Source: Methylococcales bacterium (GTDB lineage Bacteria > Pseudomonadota > Gammaproteobacteria > Methylococcales > DRLZ01). From it: DNA of 64,000 nt. The stretch covers positions 2,230,417 to 2,294,416 of the forward strand of contig CBDCZN010000002.1 of assembly GCA_965224565.1 (NCBI GenBank). Reading direction: 5' to 3'. Below, in pieces: positions 19,606-30,348 of the stretch (position 1 is its first letter; every line of letters begins with the position of its first letter). The translations under genes were made by a program, and so were the position numbers. The notes under the pieces are model-generated. The model was given only the letters and a program-made list of their open reading frames with translations, made no database searches and was not told the DNA's origin.

Positions 19606-20442
19606 CGGGCTCAATGACGTTATAGGAAAACAAAGCAACCACACCCAATTCCGGCTGGAAAAACACATAGAGCACGTCCTCACCATTCGGTGAATTGATG
19701 CGCCGTCTGAATTTTAAGCCCTCTGTCTCGGTATCATAAGTTTTGTACTGGCCGTTTTGCAGATAATAACCACCGGGGGAAATAATGCCGTGGTCTTCCG
19801 GAAGTTGCACACAGGATTCACCAATCGCATCCATGTGCAACACACTTTCAGTCGCGATATTAAAAATAAAATAACGCCAGTCCTGTTCACGATAAGGCAA
19901 CATTTTCAATAGAATCAACTGGCCTACTTGCGCATACTCAATTTGAGCATCATCCAGCGACTGAGTCTGGTCTTCAACAGCTTCGCTATAAACTCCGTGA
20001 CCATCATCAGTGTTATTTTCCACCTTAATGGTTAAATCACCATTAATCGTTTCAACAAACACCGTGTCCAGAATATTGACATGAGGATGACGACCATTCA
20101 CCGAATCTTCACGGCTGGTTTCCTGCCACTCAAAATCAAAAGCAGGTGGAAGCTGAATATCGCGCTCACCACGATTATCGATATAACTGACTTGCTTGCC
20201 ATCGGCAGAAATCGCCCAGCGAAACACGCGGATATCTTCCACCCGCTCACCAATCTGAAAACCAGCCAGTAACTTGCCATTCTTGGCAGTCAGCTCGACC
20301 AGTCTGGTTTGCTTGTAATAACGATACAGCTCAGCAAAATCATTACGAAATGATGTCTCGGCAAGAAAGCTGGTATCGAGCGTTTGCTGCACCATCTCAT
20401 ACTGAACATCATCATTGTCGGTATTGTTAACAGGTGAATTCA

Positions 20443-21536
20443 GTTTCAAAGTGCACCACCTAACATAGAGATTAGGACACCAAAGGCAGTTCTGTTATTT
20501 TGAGGTTTACGACAACTTCAAAAACAGGAGCTCCTGATGTCCTATACCCATCTTAACGCGCGAGACCGCATGTGTCTTTTTTATAATCATCAAGCTGGTG
20601 TGCCGCTTCGGGAGATTGGCAGAAAATTGAACCGATCACACACCACGCTTTCACGTGAACTCAGGCGCAATAAACGATTATTTAATTGTTATTGGGATGA
20701 AGCAGCGCAACAATTTGCAGACGCTAGAAAAGCAAAACCCCGCCATACAAAACGAGCGTCCAATGAGAAGCTCAAACAATATGTTTTGGGTAAGCTCAAA
20801 ATTGGCTGGTCACCGGAAATTATCAGTAATCGATTAAAACGCGACTATCCACACAGCAAAAAGACCATGAGGCTGAGTCCGGAGGCAATTTATCAGTGGA
20901 TATTCAACGATGCTGAACAACAAGGCACGCTCTACACGTATTTGGTTCGCAGCCACAAGAAGCGGCGGAAACAAAGACGATACGGCTCATTGAGGGGGAA
21001 CATACCAGGTCGTGTTGATATCGATGAGCGCCCATGTGCGGTTGAAAAAAGGCTGCGCTATGGCGATTGGGAAGGTGACACCATGGTTGGCCATAGGCAT
21101 CAGGGCAGATTCGTTACGCATATTGAACGTAAGTCCCGATTTCTACTGTGCGGCAAAGCACAAGATGGTACAGCCAGTAATTTTAACCAAGTAAGTTTAA
21201 AGCTATTCAAATGCATTCCTCAAAGGTATCGCAAAACGATGACGTTAGATAATGGCAGTGAAAATAGCTTGTTCAGAGAGTTACAAGAAAAGCTCAAATT
21301 CAAGGTCTATTTTGCCAAGCCTTATGCAAGCTGGGAACGCGGTAGCAATGAAAACACCAATGGTTTAATTCGGCGATATTTTCCCAAAGGAACCAACTTC
21401 TTGAAGGTGACAGAATTTGAGCTTGAAAAAGCAGTCAATTTGCTTAATCATAGGCCTAGAAAATGCCTCAAATACAGAACACCTTTCGAGGTCTTTGATT
21501 CGATATCAGGTGGTGCTCTTGCAACTTGAATTCACC
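20443..21536 (+). mobile_element. IS30 family insertion sequence (1094 bp), IRs ggtgaattcag.../...ctgaattcacc, 3-bp TSD aca
   Basis: IRL 20443-20467 and IRR 21512-21536. The flanking aca is duplicated, and the uninterrupted paralogue has gttaacatccgatgc at the same site (14735-14749). Confidence 0.85.
20537..21529 (+). CDS. IS30 family transposase (330 aa)
   Basis: N-terminal HTH (GVPLREIGRKLNRSHTTLSRELRRN) and a DDE core; the ORF runs into the IRR, as is typical of IS30. Confidence 0.85.
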   Translation: MSYTHLNARDRMCLFYNHQAGVPLREIGRKLNRSHTTLSRELRRNKRLFNCYWDEAAQQFADARKAKPRHTKRASNEKLKQYVLGKLKIGWSPEIISNRLKRDYPHSKKTMRLSPEAIYQWIFNDAEQQGTLYTYLVRSHKKRRKQRRYGSLRGNIPGRVDIDERPCAVEKRLRYGDWEGDTMVGHRHQGRFVTHIERKSRFLLCGKAQDGTASNFNQVSLKLFKCIPQRYRKTMTLDNGSENSLFRELQEKLKFKVYFAKPYASWERGSNENTNGLIRRYFPKGTNFLKVTEFELEKAVNLLNHRPRKCLKYRTPFEVFDSISGGALAT

Positions 21537-21937
21537 ACATCAGATGCAGAGGTGGTTGTCAGACGATACAGAGAAAACACATCCTCAATACGGGTTTCCT
21601 TCTTCAATCCGATATAAACGTTATAACCAAACAACAACAAATCGCCGACTTGGACAATATCCCGCGCCACACAATTGTTTTCAGTCCGCACCCGCACCCG
21701 CGCAGCCACAGCCATCTCGGAACTACCAAATTCCGCTAAGCGTGCTTCATTTAAGGACTTGGTATGATTTTTGAGCTTTTGGCCTTGGTCAACAAGGCGT
21801 TTACGAATCACCTCGTAAGCACCGCCTTCGGCTACGGCCTGGCCTACGATGGTATTGGATTCTGGTTGTTGATCAGGCATACCTGTTTCCTGGTGCGTTA
21901 TGTTTTGTTTAATTAATAGAAATAATGATGAGTTTAT

Positions 21938-21967
21938 GTAGGTTGGGGTGAGTTTACGAACCCCAAC
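21938..21967. repeat. REP hairpin
   Basis: gtaggttggggtgagtttacgaaccccaac. Confidence 0.75.
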
Positions 21968-21970
21968 AAA

Positions 21971-22507
21971 TCACGCCTTTTCTCCAAACATAAATTCATC
22001 AACGCTATCATTGGTATATCCCCAATCATCATTCAATATGCCTTTCGCTATGTACAGATGGATACTCGAATAAGTCCAATCCATCGGAGATGTTACGTAA
22101 CCATGTTTCACGGGATTGTGATGAATGTAATCAACATGTTTTTCATAATCATCTTCATCACGAATCAAATGCTCCCAATAACGCCTTTGCCAAATTCTTC
22201 GCTCACCTTTTGATTGTCTGCTTTTATTTATTCTCTCAAGCTTGGGTATTGCACGAGAAAAACCGGTTTTAATTAGCATCCAACGTGTTGCAAAATCATT
22301 ATCCTCAATTGGCAATGTCCATAACGCATGCAAATGGTCGGGTAATACCACCATGGCATCGAGTTTAAACGGATGCTGTTTCTTGACCTTATTCATTACA
22401 TTTCGCAGAATATCGATTTCATCAATCAACAATGAATTGTTGCGTTCTGCCAAATTCAACGTGAAAAAATATGTTCCGCCTTTTACATCAGCTCTTCGAT
22501 AACGCAT
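21971..22507 (-). CDS. RAYT copy 3 (subtype A)
   Basis: 178 aa; nearly identical to copy 1. Confidence 0.8.
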   Translation of the reverse strand: MRYRRADVKGGTYFFTLNLAERNNSLLIDEIDILRNVMNKVKKQHPFKLDAMVVLPDHLHALWTLPIEDNDFATRWMLIKTGFSRAIPKLERINKSRQSKGERRIWQRRYWEHLIRDEDDYEKHVDYIHHNPVKHGYVTSPMDWTYSSIHLYIAKGILNDDWGYTNDSVDEFMFGEKA

Positions 22508-22548
22508 TCATTATATTCCTGGCGTTTCTTTAGTTTCTAGCTGTTTTT

Positions 22549-22578
22549 GTTGGGGTTCGTTCTTCACTCCAACCTACG
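22549..22578. repeat. REP hairpin (degenerate: gttggggttcgttcttcactccaac)
   Basis: Point substitutions in the loop and 3' stem. Confidence 0.6.
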
Positions 22579-22583
22579 CGGGC

Positions 22584-23092
22584 TACTCCATCACTGTTAT
22601 ATCCCCAATCATCACTCAATATGCCTTTCGATATGTACATATGAATACTCGAATAAGCCCAATCTGTCGCAGATTTTACGTAACCATGTTTCACGGGATT
22701 GTAATGAATATAATCAACATGTTTTTCATAATCATTTTCATCACGAATCAAATGTTCCCAATAACGCCTTTGCCAAATTCCTCGCTCACCTTTTGATTGT
22801 CTGCTTTTATTTATTCTCTCAAGCTTGGGTATTGCACGAGAAAAACCGGTTTTAATTAGCATCCAACGTGTTGCAAAATCATTATCCTCAATTGGCAATG
22901 TCCATAACGCATGCAAATGGTCGGGTAATACCACCATCGCATCGAGTTTAAACGGATGCTGTTTTTTTGACCTTATTAATAACACTTCGCAAAATATCGA
23001 TTTCATCAATCAATAATGAATTATTGCGTTCTGCCAAATTCACCGTGAAAAAATATGTTCCGCCTTTTACATCAGCTCTTCGATAACGCATT
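22584..23092 (-). pseudogene. RAYT copy 4 (subtype B): frameshifted 5' part, lacks 3' REP and last ~8 codons
   Basis: ORF 22530..23009 matches RAYT2 at aa 20-170. Upstream RAYT-homologous sequence continues to 23092 in other frames, and the C-terminus reads through into REP f. Confidence 0.7.
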
Positions 23093-23132
23093 ATTTATGT
23101 TCCTGGCGTTTCTTTAATTTCTAGCTGTTTTT

Positions 23133-23162
23133 GTTGGGGTTCGTGCCTCACCCCAACCTACG
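23133..23162. repeat. REP hairpin
   Basis: gttggggttcgtgcctcaccccaacctacg; immediately followed by the 8-codon remnant of the 360-aa hypothetical gene. Confidence 0.75.
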
Positions 23163-23303
23163 CGGGCTTGTATTCGGTATTGTTAATCATTTCAACCGTC
23201 CTGAGTTGGCTGCATTCAACTGTATTTATGTAACGAATGCGTAGCCTTTATAAAAATGAGATCCTTTGCTTGGCAAGAAATTACCCTCACAGGCTAATGT
23301 TGC

Positions 23304-24287
23304 TCATTGCTGTTTCCGGATGTATTTTTGTTTAGGACTATTAGGGCTATTGGGATTGCTCATGCTAATAACGCCTTGTTTTAAAGCAGGTAGAAGATAG
23401 TTTTTTCTAAACGTAGGTTTGTGTGATAAACCCACTTTAGCCATAATTTGAGCGCTGCTTAAATAGCCATCACCCATTACCGATAACAACTTTTCAACTG
23501 GGTCGCTTACTGGGTCGCTTACTGGGTCGCTTACTGGGTCGGTAGCATTAATGCTCGCCAAAATAACCGACAGCATAAATTCAATAAACACGGTGCTATC
23601 AGCGTTATTATCTGCAGATGACAATGCATTATAATAATCCTGCTGGTTACTTTTAATTGTATTTTCAATTGGTAAGGAATAGAAAGCTTCTCGCCACTGC
23701 CCTAAGATCAAAGTCTGCCAGAGTCTACCCATTCTCCCATTGCCATCACTAAACGGATGAATAAATTCAAATTCATAGTGAAAAATACAACTGCGAATTA
23801 ACGGATGGTCTTCTGTGTGTTGCAACCAGTGTAATAAATCCTTCATAAGCAGCGGAACTCTGCCTGCCTGCGGGGCAATATGAACCACCTTATCGCCCTT
23901 ATGAATGCCCACATCGCCGCTACGAAAACGGCCTGCGTCGAGTAAAATTTCTTCAGTCATGCGTTTATGCGCATCCAGCAAACCATCCAAACTGTGTGCC
24001 TGATATTGTGCCAAGGCTTCATACGCCTTAATAGCCCCTCGTACCTCAGCAATTTCTCTTTGCGAACCCCTGACTGGCTTACCGTCGACAATAGCAGACA
24101 CCTGCTCCAAGCCTAAAGTATTCCCCTCAATTGCCAACGTACCCGTGATGGTTTTTATCCTGTTTTGTTTGCGAAGCTGTGGTGAGTTTTGAATTTCAAT
24201 GATAGCCGCACCCGCTACAGCCTCACTGATCTGTACAACCAGTGAAAGAATTTTCGGGGTTATTGTGTAGGGTGGCTGGTAGATCAT
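23304..24287 (-). CDS. fic: Fic family protein (327 aa), full-length copy with an in-frame (VSDP)n repeat
   Basis: Fic motif HPFSDGNGRMGR. The C-terminal ~70 aa looks like a winged-helix domain. A 12-bp unit tgggtcgcttac is repeated ~3.6 times at 23499-23541. Confidence 0.8.
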   Translation of the reverse strand: MIYQPPYTITPKILSLVVQISEAVAGAAIIEIQNSPQLRKQNRIKTITGTLAIEGNTLGLEQVSAIVDGKPVRGSQREIAEVRGAIKAYEALAQYQAHSLDGLLDAHKRMTEEILLDAGRFRSGDVGIHKGDKVVHIAPQAGRVPLLMKDLLHWLQHTEDHPLIRSCIFHYEFEFIHPFSDGNGRMGRLWQTLILGQWREAFYSLPIENTIKSNQQDYYNALSSADNNADSTVFIEFMLSVILASINATDPVSDPVSDPVSDPVEKLLSVMGDGYLSSAQIMAKVGLSHKPTFRKNYLLPALKQGVISMSNPNSPNSPKQKYIRKQQ

Positions 24288-24415
24288 TAGTTTAGTTGCA
24301 TAAATTTCGTGCTGTTTTTATGATTTCGCGAATACAGTTCCTGTTAAAACCGGGCTATTATTCATCACTTTTGACAACAACACGGTAGTGTTTCAGATTT
24401 GTAGTTTATGTCATT

Positions 24416-24874
24416 CTAGATAGATCGTCCAAACTCATATCGATTGATAAATAATCCAATCACAATATCATGCATCATCTCAAGCTTGGAGAAACAAATT
24501 GTCTTCCTCGCTAGTCGTTTGATCCGTGTCCTCAATGTCAGGTGCTTGCGCTCAATTTTCTGAGTATTTTGTTTGCCGATATGATGGGACTCCTCATCCA
24601 AAATACGCTCATAGGCTCCCCAGTCATCCGTATAGAAATGCTGGATTCCGAAGGGCTCCAATAATAACGTGAGCTGCTTGAAAACATGATCTTTGCGTCG
24701 CCCCAGGACATAGGCGAGTATCTCCCCAGTGTGATGGTCAATCGCATGCCAAAGCCAGCGTTGATTGGATTTGTTTGTTACAAAACTCCACATTTCATCC
24801 ATCTCTGCTTCGTCACATCTCTGAATAAGCACCTGTCTTTCATCAGGATTATCCAAGCGATTGAGTACGGCCAT
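24416..24874 (-). CDS. insB: IS1 InsB-like transposase ORF
   Basis: AEMDEMWSFV motif comparable to E. coli InsB CAEMDEQWGYV; DDE region. Confidence 0.8.
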   Translation of the reverse strand: MAVLNRLDNPDERQVLIQRCDEAEMDEMWSFVTNKSNQRWLWHAIDHHTGEILAYVLGRRKDHVFKQLTLLLEPFGIQHFYTDDWGAYERILDEESHHIGKQNTQKIERKHLTLRTRIKRLARKTICFSKLEMMHDIVIGLFINRYEFGRSI

Positions 24875-24885
24875 GTTGATTGATT

Positions 24886-25164
24886 CTAGTTGAGCCTCTT
24901 TTTTTTTAACGTGTCAATGACAGTGGTTGGACTAATGGACAGCACGCGAGCAATATCACGCACACCACTTCCGTTCATGGTCATGTCAATAATGGTTTCT
25001 TTGATGCCGGGTTGGCAGGCTTGATAGCTATAGTCGCACATAAAAGTTGTTCGCGAGCACTCATTGTTATGACAAACATAGCGTTTTCTTCCGTCCTTGG
25101 TTTGGCCATGTCTGCCGACAGAATGACTTCCACAATATGGACAACAGACAGGTTCGACGACCAT
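24886..25164 (-). CDS. insA: IS1 InsA-like zinc-finger/HTH protein
   Basis: CCPYCGSHSVGRHG...YVCHNNEC zinc finger and a C-terminal HTH; the likely start is the second Met (MVVEPVCCPYCG). Confidence 0.75.
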   Translation of the reverse strand: MVVEPVCCPYCGSHSVGRHGQTKDGRKRYVCHNNECSRTTFMCDYSYQACQPGIKETIIDMTMNGSGVRDIARVLSISPTTVIDTLKKKRLN

Positions 25165-27350
25165 AAAATAAACTCCTATTATTGACTGTAAAAGCAATAT
25201 ATAAGAGTCGAATATTAAAGTAAACTATCCGGTGTACCCTACAAGTCTGAAACACTACCAACAACACCTTGCTTGGTATGGAAGACACCTTACATAACTA
25301 TCTCAAGACTCACATGCTCAGCAATGATACGTTTAGCTTCATTTTCATAACTAGAGGCCAGTTCTCTCAGTGTTATCGCTAACCTATGAAATCCGGCATT
25401 TTCTACATCTTCTGCTTTCTGACTATATTGTTCAGCAAGTTCTCGCTCTGGCTTTCCAGTTGGATCAACCGTGTGAACTCCGCGTGAATGGTATATCCCA
25501 GCTCTAAAACTCTTGCGCATCATATCTGCATCGCTAACATTCAATGCTTCAGCTACCTTGCGGTTAATCCACAAACCATTAGAGTCTGCTGAGCAATGAA
25601 TTAGCCCTTCTCCAACATGGCGAAGGGCTATATCTAAATGTCCAGATTTAGAACATATATCCTTCACACTCTGTAGCCAGCTTGTGAATTGGTTATCATC
25701 AAAACTGCCATCGTCCTGAGTTCCTGGGGGAGTTTTCCATTCACGAAGCAACAGCGAGGCATTCTTTGCAATCTTCTTTTTTTCTTCAGATAGCTCGTAT
25801 GTGTTTTCTTCTGCATTTTTTGAACGATAAACCAATTGGATAACTTCACTGAAAAAATCAGGATTATTTGCAAGTCGATTTTCAAGTATTTTAGGCGAAG
25901 TTCCTGAATAGGTATCGAGAAGTGGAAGATATGCCCATTCAATCTGAAAAAGATCATCTTGAGACACATCTGAACTGTTCTGAAGAAACTTAATCAGCTT
26001 GACAATGTTATGTCTATTCATTGAAGAAGTTGATTCATTTGAAGTCAAAGCAGAAAGCAAAGCATTAATACATTGAGAATAATCAATTGTTTGGTTAGTG
26101 AGGAGCAAACTACTTAAACAGTTAATTGCAGCATTTGGTCGCCCATATTGAATCAGTTTCTCAATTGCTACATAACTACCCTCATCTAATCGAATAGGAT
26201 TTACATAGACTACTGACCAATACTCACTCTCTGAACCACCAAGCCATTGTTCTGCACGCTCCCAAGTTTCTTTGGTAAAAGGCAGAAAGCCCAGAAACTT
26301 CCCGATCTGTACTTTACTCCAGTCTGATTTATCCAGCTTATCAGCCCATGACCAATCATTTATGTAGCGGCGACTCCAAATATATCCACCTATAAAGTTC
26401 GAAAGCTTAAGATCTTCACACCCTAGATACTCAGGAAGTAAAGCTAAATCAATATCCGTATCAGCAATACAACCAAGAGCCTCTCCAACCAGCTTTGGTG
26501 ATTCTACAGTCTTAGCAAACTGGATAACTTCTTTGATACCTTCTGTATCCAAAATCTCTTTTATAGCCACCTGGCGTCGTTTTTCGAGTTTTTTGTGCTG
26601 AATATCCCAATTGCCTTTATCTTCATAAAGATCCCAGCTATTATCTGAAAACAAGTATTGATAAATATTTACAGGATTCGATGGAGAAAGTTTATCGGCA
26701 ACAGTCTCAATGGCTGTAAACAACTCATCATTCAAAGCCCATTTTTCATCGGTATATCGGCGATGTTCACGAGTAAATTTAGTAAGATGATTCCAAAGGA
26801 TTAAGCGCTGATCTTCTGGACTTTCTGTAATAACATCCGAAGATAAAACTCCAAGCAATTTATCAAATGAAGGCTTGGGTAAATTATTAAGATGACCAAT
26901 AAGCTCGACAAGCTTTGATATATCCTGACCAGCCATAGAAACAGCCATCTCAGAGTAAAACGACACCTGATCCCAATGTTCTTGTTTCGTTACATCCTTT
27001 GTCCAGTCATTTGGTATTGTGTTGCGCCATGAAGGTTTATGAGTACCAAATGATGTCTGGTGTTGATTTGGCAATAGCTCGATAAGTAGCTTCCAGCCGA
27101 CTTCGGGCCACTCGTTGCAGAGAGTTTTAACTGCCACTTTGCGTTTCTTAAATGAGGCGGTCGTGTGAGGCAACCATGGTAGTAAAATAGTTGCAAGAGA
27201 GCTGTCAGGACGGTTAGTCCAGTTTCCACCTGGATCGTGACTAGCTAGCTCTCCAAAAACAACACAAACCCGAACCAGATTATTCTCATCCCAAGCGAGG
27301 CCTTCCAATGCCCTAAGCAAACCAGTGATATAAATACCCCCCGTGTTGCC

Positions 27351-28777
27351 CAATGTCACTAACTTAAGCTCAACTCATTGTAATCACAGCATTCTTTTAT
27401 AGCACGGATGAAATTTCCGACGGGCACCACTGCGTTTTTTGCGTTCAAAGCGTCTGTCTGGCCGTATAATCGTCAGACTTTGCCTGATTGTTTCCACTAA
27501 TTGTTCGTATCCCTGCATTGATATCAAACCGTACAAGCATTTTACGATGGTATCTTTCATCGTTGACAAGGCCTGTGCAAAATTAATCTGGTAACGGCAT
27601 TTTCGGTGCGGTAGCGTCTGATCTGGATGTCGCTGTGCGGCAAACACCGCAATGGCTGTAAGATTCAAACTCAGGATACGCGCATGATAATCTTGTTGCA
27701 CACTTAACACTGATTTGCCGGTAAAATTCTCGATCTCCAACCAGGATTTCTGGCGCTTATAGCCTTCTTCGATTTGCCAGCGCAGATGATATAACGCTTT
27801 AAACGCATGGACTGGATAACGTTGTGTGTTCAACAGATTGGTCATTAAAAAGTACACTTTCTTTTTCACTGTGATGTGGATTAGTCGCACTGTCTGTGAT
27901 TCAACTGGCAAGCCTCTGCCGAGGCATTTGTGTCTTGCCTCATCGCTGGCCGTCAAGGTGACGATCTGCTGCTTGGCTCCAGAGGCAACGAATTGACTGA
28001 CTTCGGTATTAAAGTCGGCTTTGACACGCATACACCAGTCACGTTGATAAAACTGATGTGCAGCCATCAACCAGAATGCTGGATAGCCTCTGTCGTACAG
28101 GATTAAATCACCGGCTTGCGTGGCTTCCAGGTGTTTGAAGGCAACCTCGCGTTCATCACTACGATAAGGAAACAGCTGTGCATCAATAATGATTTTCTGA
28201 TGGATATCGTAGAGTGCTGAACCGAGCGCCATTGGCACTTCATCGGTATGCTGGTTCGATTGCCCACCAAATTCAGTATGAATCGCCTCCTCATTCGGCA
28301 AATGGTATTTCACTCCATCCACAGCCAGCACACGATGTCCATTCCAGGTCTGTGCTGTGACTGCTGGATAAAAGTGGTTGATCACATGCCTGTTCAGATC
28401 AACAAAGGCAGTTGCTGAGAATTTCAGGCGTGCTTTGAAAAAAGCGGCGGCTGTGACTTTAGGTGTCGGAACATCCAACTGGTCACGGATCTGAAAGAAG
28501 CGATTGAGCTCTGATTGAGTGTTGCCTTTGAGCATGTTTAAGCAATAACTGATCAAAACAGGGAGTGTCAGGCATCGATTACGTGTGAAGTCCTTGTCAT
28601 CAATACGGTGAGTTTCGATGAAAGCGGCGCTGTTAGTTATTTTGGTTATAAGCTTATAGGTATTAGGAAATAAGAGTTGGGTCGATCATTGGGTGCCTCA
28701 TGCGGGTTGTTTTGTGAGTTAATTATACGATATTTCAATCAGTTATAGGGGGTGGATTGCTTAAGTTAGTGACATTG
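27351..28777 (-). mobile_element. IS4 family insertion sequence (1427 bp), 19-bp IRs caatgtcactaacttaagc, 11-bp TSD cccgtgttgcc
   Basis: Perfect terminal IRs at 27351-27369 and 28759-28777, with direct repeats at 27340-27350 and 28778-28788. Confidence 0.9.
27384..28556 (-). CDS. IS4 family DDE transposase (390 aa)
   Basis: DDE_Tnp_1 pattern (..LAVDG..., YHLRWQIEEGYKRQK). Confidence 0.85.
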   Translation of the reverse strand: MISYCLNMLKGNTQSELNRFFQIRDQLDVPTPKVTAAAFFKARLKFSATAFVDLNRHVINHFYPAVTAQTWNGHRVLAVDGVKYHLPNEEAIHTEFGGQSNQHTDEVPMALGSALYDIHQKIIIDAQLFPYRSDEREVAFKHLEATQAGDLILYDRGYPAFWLMAAHQFYQRDWCMRVKADFNTEVSQFVASGAKQQIVTLTASDEARHKCLGRGLPVESQTVRLIHITVKKKVYFLMTNLLNTQRYPVHAFKALYHLRWQIEEGYKRQKSWLEIENFTGKSVLSVQQDYHARILSLNLTAIAVFAAQRHPDQTLPHRKCRYQINFAQALSTMKDTIVKCLYGLISMQGYEQLVETIRQSLTIIRPDRRFERKKRSGARRKFHPCYKRML

Positions 28778-30348
28778 CCCGTGTTGCCGTCACCTTCTTG
28801 AGAAAAAAGTTCATCGAAAGGACAAGGGGTTGCCTTTAATGCCGTCTCTACTTGTTTCAAGAACTCATTAGGAGCGGCTTCAGCCAAGTCGGGCAATAGG
28901 TTATCGAGGCTACCCCACAGCACCCAATCGGCATTAGTGAAAATGTCTCGAATAGTAAGAAATGCTATTGTTTCGGCTTTACCCTGTGAACAGTGGGTCA
29001 AGGCTTGGGGCAAGCTGCCAAGTATAGCCAATCCTTCGGCCAACCCCTTCCTGAGTATGGGGGAATGAGTTAATACCTTGCCATAAATGTTTGCTGCCCA
29101 GCGATCTTCCCCTGGCAAATCAAAAGAAGGGTCGTGTTCTGTCAACACAGCAACAGCTACGTCTTTAAATGCATCCAGGTTTTGATCAAAAATACGTGAA
29201 CCTAGAGCATCCCACATATCTGCACGTTTGTTTATCTTCCAAATGCTATCCCTAAAAGACAGTGGTGTTTGTGATAGGTGTAAAATCTCTCTTGCTTGTA
29301 TCACCCATGAGGAATAGTCCTCGCCAATTATTTTCTGCACAACCGCAATATCTGCTTCATTTTCTTCATTCCATAAACCAATCAAATTTGCCAAAGAAAG
29401 ATGTGTGGCGTATTGATGCTGGTTCCAGTCGACTTTCTCCATTTTCGGCTGGGTGATTGTTAATTCGCTTGGAATTTTAGTTACTACTGGTTGTTTGAAT
29501 AACTCAACTAAATCTTCTGGGAGTGTATCTGGAATAATTGTTCCTGCATTTTTATTAACTGATTGCACCTCATCAACTAATCGAGTCCATAATGCCTGTA
29601 TTCTCGTTTGAGAATACTGGCCAATTAGCGAGTGTAACAAAGATAACGTGACTCCAGCTTTGATATCCAGATCATAACCAAGAAGATGAAAATGTTTTAA
29701 AAATTCAAAGAATATTTCGTCTGAAACGGGGGCGTTATTATTCGCTTTTGCCAGGTTTGTTCTGAATGCCTTTAGCTTCTTTCGTTTTGCAATGCTACTG
29801 AAATTAGCCAGTTCTACTTTTTGTAAAAATTCCTCGGCATTTTCAGCATGTCTAGCCCACTCAAGAATTGTGCGCGTATCATTTATTTCAGTATTGCTTA
29901 ATGGGCCTGTGATAAGAGCAATGATATCCTTTCCTCTTGAAAAAAGGTCATCATTGTTGAAGTCATTCCATGCGGCTTGGATGACTTCGCAAAATATGTT
30001 GTTCTTTTCAGTAATACTGATGGAATGTTTGATCTGTGCCAGAATTTTTCTGTGTTGATTAGTCCCAGGTTTGGTAGCAAAAATAATAAGGTCGTCTGTT
30101 TCGTAGCCAGCAAATCTTCCCTGTAGTTTAATTTTTTGAATAGGCCAGCTTGGTAAACATGGCGCGTAGCCGCCCACCGTCATTAGGAGAACAAAAGAAG
30201 CTTGTACATGTGCTTCGAAATGAACACCCCCACCTCCAGCTGAAAAAGGATTACTGAGTTGCTTACTGTTTACACTCAAAAGCTTACACTCTTCATGCTT
30301 TATCGAATATCTGCGTCATTGGCATTATGTGCAACGTAACTTCCCGTA

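Larger units (their letters stand above)
19611..21880 (-). pseudogene. Truncated paralogue of the giant AAA+ gene (aa 1-395 only), split by IS30 and cut off by a REP
   Basis: ORFs 21506..21880 (aa 1-120) and 19601..20449 (aa ~113-395) are 90-95% identical to the N-terminus of 9785..15076. The 60 bp upstream (21881-21940) is identical to 15077-15135. Confidence 0.8.
24383..25259 (-). mobile_element. IS1 family insertion sequence with 8-bp TSD aacaacac
   Basis: IRs ggtagtgtttcagatttgtag (24383-) and ctacaagtctgaaacactacc (-25259). The flanking aacaacac is duplicated at 24375-24382 and 25260-25267. Confidence 0.8.
25290..30279 (-). pseudogene. ~1187-aa uncharacterised helical-repeat protein gene interrupted by IS4 (5' part 28778-30279, 3' part 25290-27350)
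   Basis: ORFs 28735..30279 and 25290..27359 are colinear. Removing the IS plus one TSD copy fuses them in frame (...GDGNTGGIYITGLL...). No P-loop or recognisable catalytic motif was found. Confidence 0.7.

Noticed and set aside
23499-23541. Possible CRISPR-like short repeats (tgggtcgcttac tandem)
   Set aside because: Perfect head-to-tail 12-mers without spacers, inside a coding frame. This is a microsatellite, not a CRISPR array. No CRISPR array was found anywhere in the window.
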